From: a virus
Length of the DNA: 39,643 bases
Virus genome (UHGV): UHGV-0215940
Direction: 5' to 3' (one strand)
The position numbers were made by a program, and so were the translations under genes. Under the pieces are notes generated by a model. It did not search any database, had not been told where the DNA came from, and saw only the letters and a program-made list of their open reading frames with translations. Shown here piece after piece: positions 39,137-39,643 of this stretch. Numbering within the stretch: position 1 is the first letter of the stretch; each line of letters begins with the position of its first letter.

Positions 39137-39643
39137 TTACTCCTTACGTCCATAGATGAACTTAGGAGTCTGTTTACGTTTCTCTCTGACTCGTTTAGCG
39201 GCAGCTTCACGGGCTTTCGTTGCGGCAACTATAGGTGCTCGCTTGTTAGCGTCAGCCAGAGCCTTCTCGCGAGCCTTCTCTTCGAGTTTCTTCTGGTTCT
39301 CACTCCAGACCTTCGAGAGTAACTCTTTGTCGTATCGGACTCGGACTTGACCAGTGGTGTCCATAAGGTAAATGGAGTCACCTTGAGAATACATGGTCAG
39401 TTGCTTGTTGGTTATCCAACGGTTGCTCGCAATGATTCCCTTACGTGCTTCCTCCAGAATATCACGACCTTGCTCCCACGATTTCGGGTCAGAGTTGACT
39501 TGCATCATGTTCTTCGGAATCACACCAATGGTATCACCATCAACATCATCACCAGTGAACGTGTAGGTAGATTCCTGGAGGAACTTGGTCATCTGCTCCA
39601 TAGCCATGCTTTCGTTCCCTGAGCGATACTTAACGGAGTCATA
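39137..39643 (-). CDS. 15: gp15 C-terminal 168 codons plus stop; continuation of the ORF at 1..1737
   Basis: the frame is open to the window edge and ends ...TPKFIYGRKE; codon phase is continuous with 1..1737 (579 + 169 codons = 747 aa + stop). Confidence 0.9.
   Translation of the reverse strand, partial: YDSVKYRSGNESMAMEQMTKFLQESTYTFTGDDVDGDTIGVIPKNMMQVNSDPKSWEQGRDILEEARKGIIASNRWITNKQLTMYSQGDSIYLMDTTGQVRVRYDKELLSKVWSENQKKLEEKAREKALADANKRAPIVAATKAREAAAKRVREKRKQTPKFIYGRKE

Overview
This window is the complete genome of a T7-like podovirus (Autographiviridae, T7 group), about 39.6 kb. It is very close to coliphage T7 but not identical to it. The sequence is written as the reverse complement and is circularly permuted: gene 15 is split across the two window ends, and 1..1737 joins in frame and without a gap to 39137..39643. 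Every real gene lies on the minus strand in the canonical T7 order, and the plus-strand ORFs in the track are antisense artefacts.

Reading from high to low coordinates, the early region holds 0.3 (ocr), 0.4, 0.5, 0.6, 0.7 and gene 1 (T7 RNA polymerase, 883 aa). The DNA metabolism genes follow: 1.1, 1.2, 1.3 ligase, 1.5 to 1.8, 2, 2.5, 3, 3.5, 4A/4B, 4.3, 4.5, 4.7, 5, 5.5, 5.7, 5.9 and 6. The late genes are 6.5, 6.7, 7, 7.3, 7.7, 8, 9, 10A/10B and 11 to 19.5.

All 17 T7-type RNA polymerase promoters are present as reverse complements of TAATACGACTCACTATAGGGAGA. The TE and Tphi terminators, the RNase III hairpins, the A1/A2/A3 host promoters, the primary replication origin, and a single copy of the terminal repeat flanked by CCTAAAG repeat arrays (a concatemer-type junction) are all identifiable.

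The main differences from reference T7 are:
- a replaced tail-fibre C-terminal domain plus an extra 125-aa gene downstream of gene 17;
- an in-frame TGA followed directly by ATG that splits gene 0.7;
- an extra A3-like early promoter on a roughly 165-bp insertion;
- an HNH-AP2 homing endonuclease sitting between 3.5 and phi3.8, while the T7 gene 3.8 position is empty;
- no genes 1.4, 2.8 or 5.3;
- a shorter ligase, a longer 1.8, and a small Cys/His ORF between 1.8 and 2.

No defence system, integrase, tRNA or CRISPR array is present.
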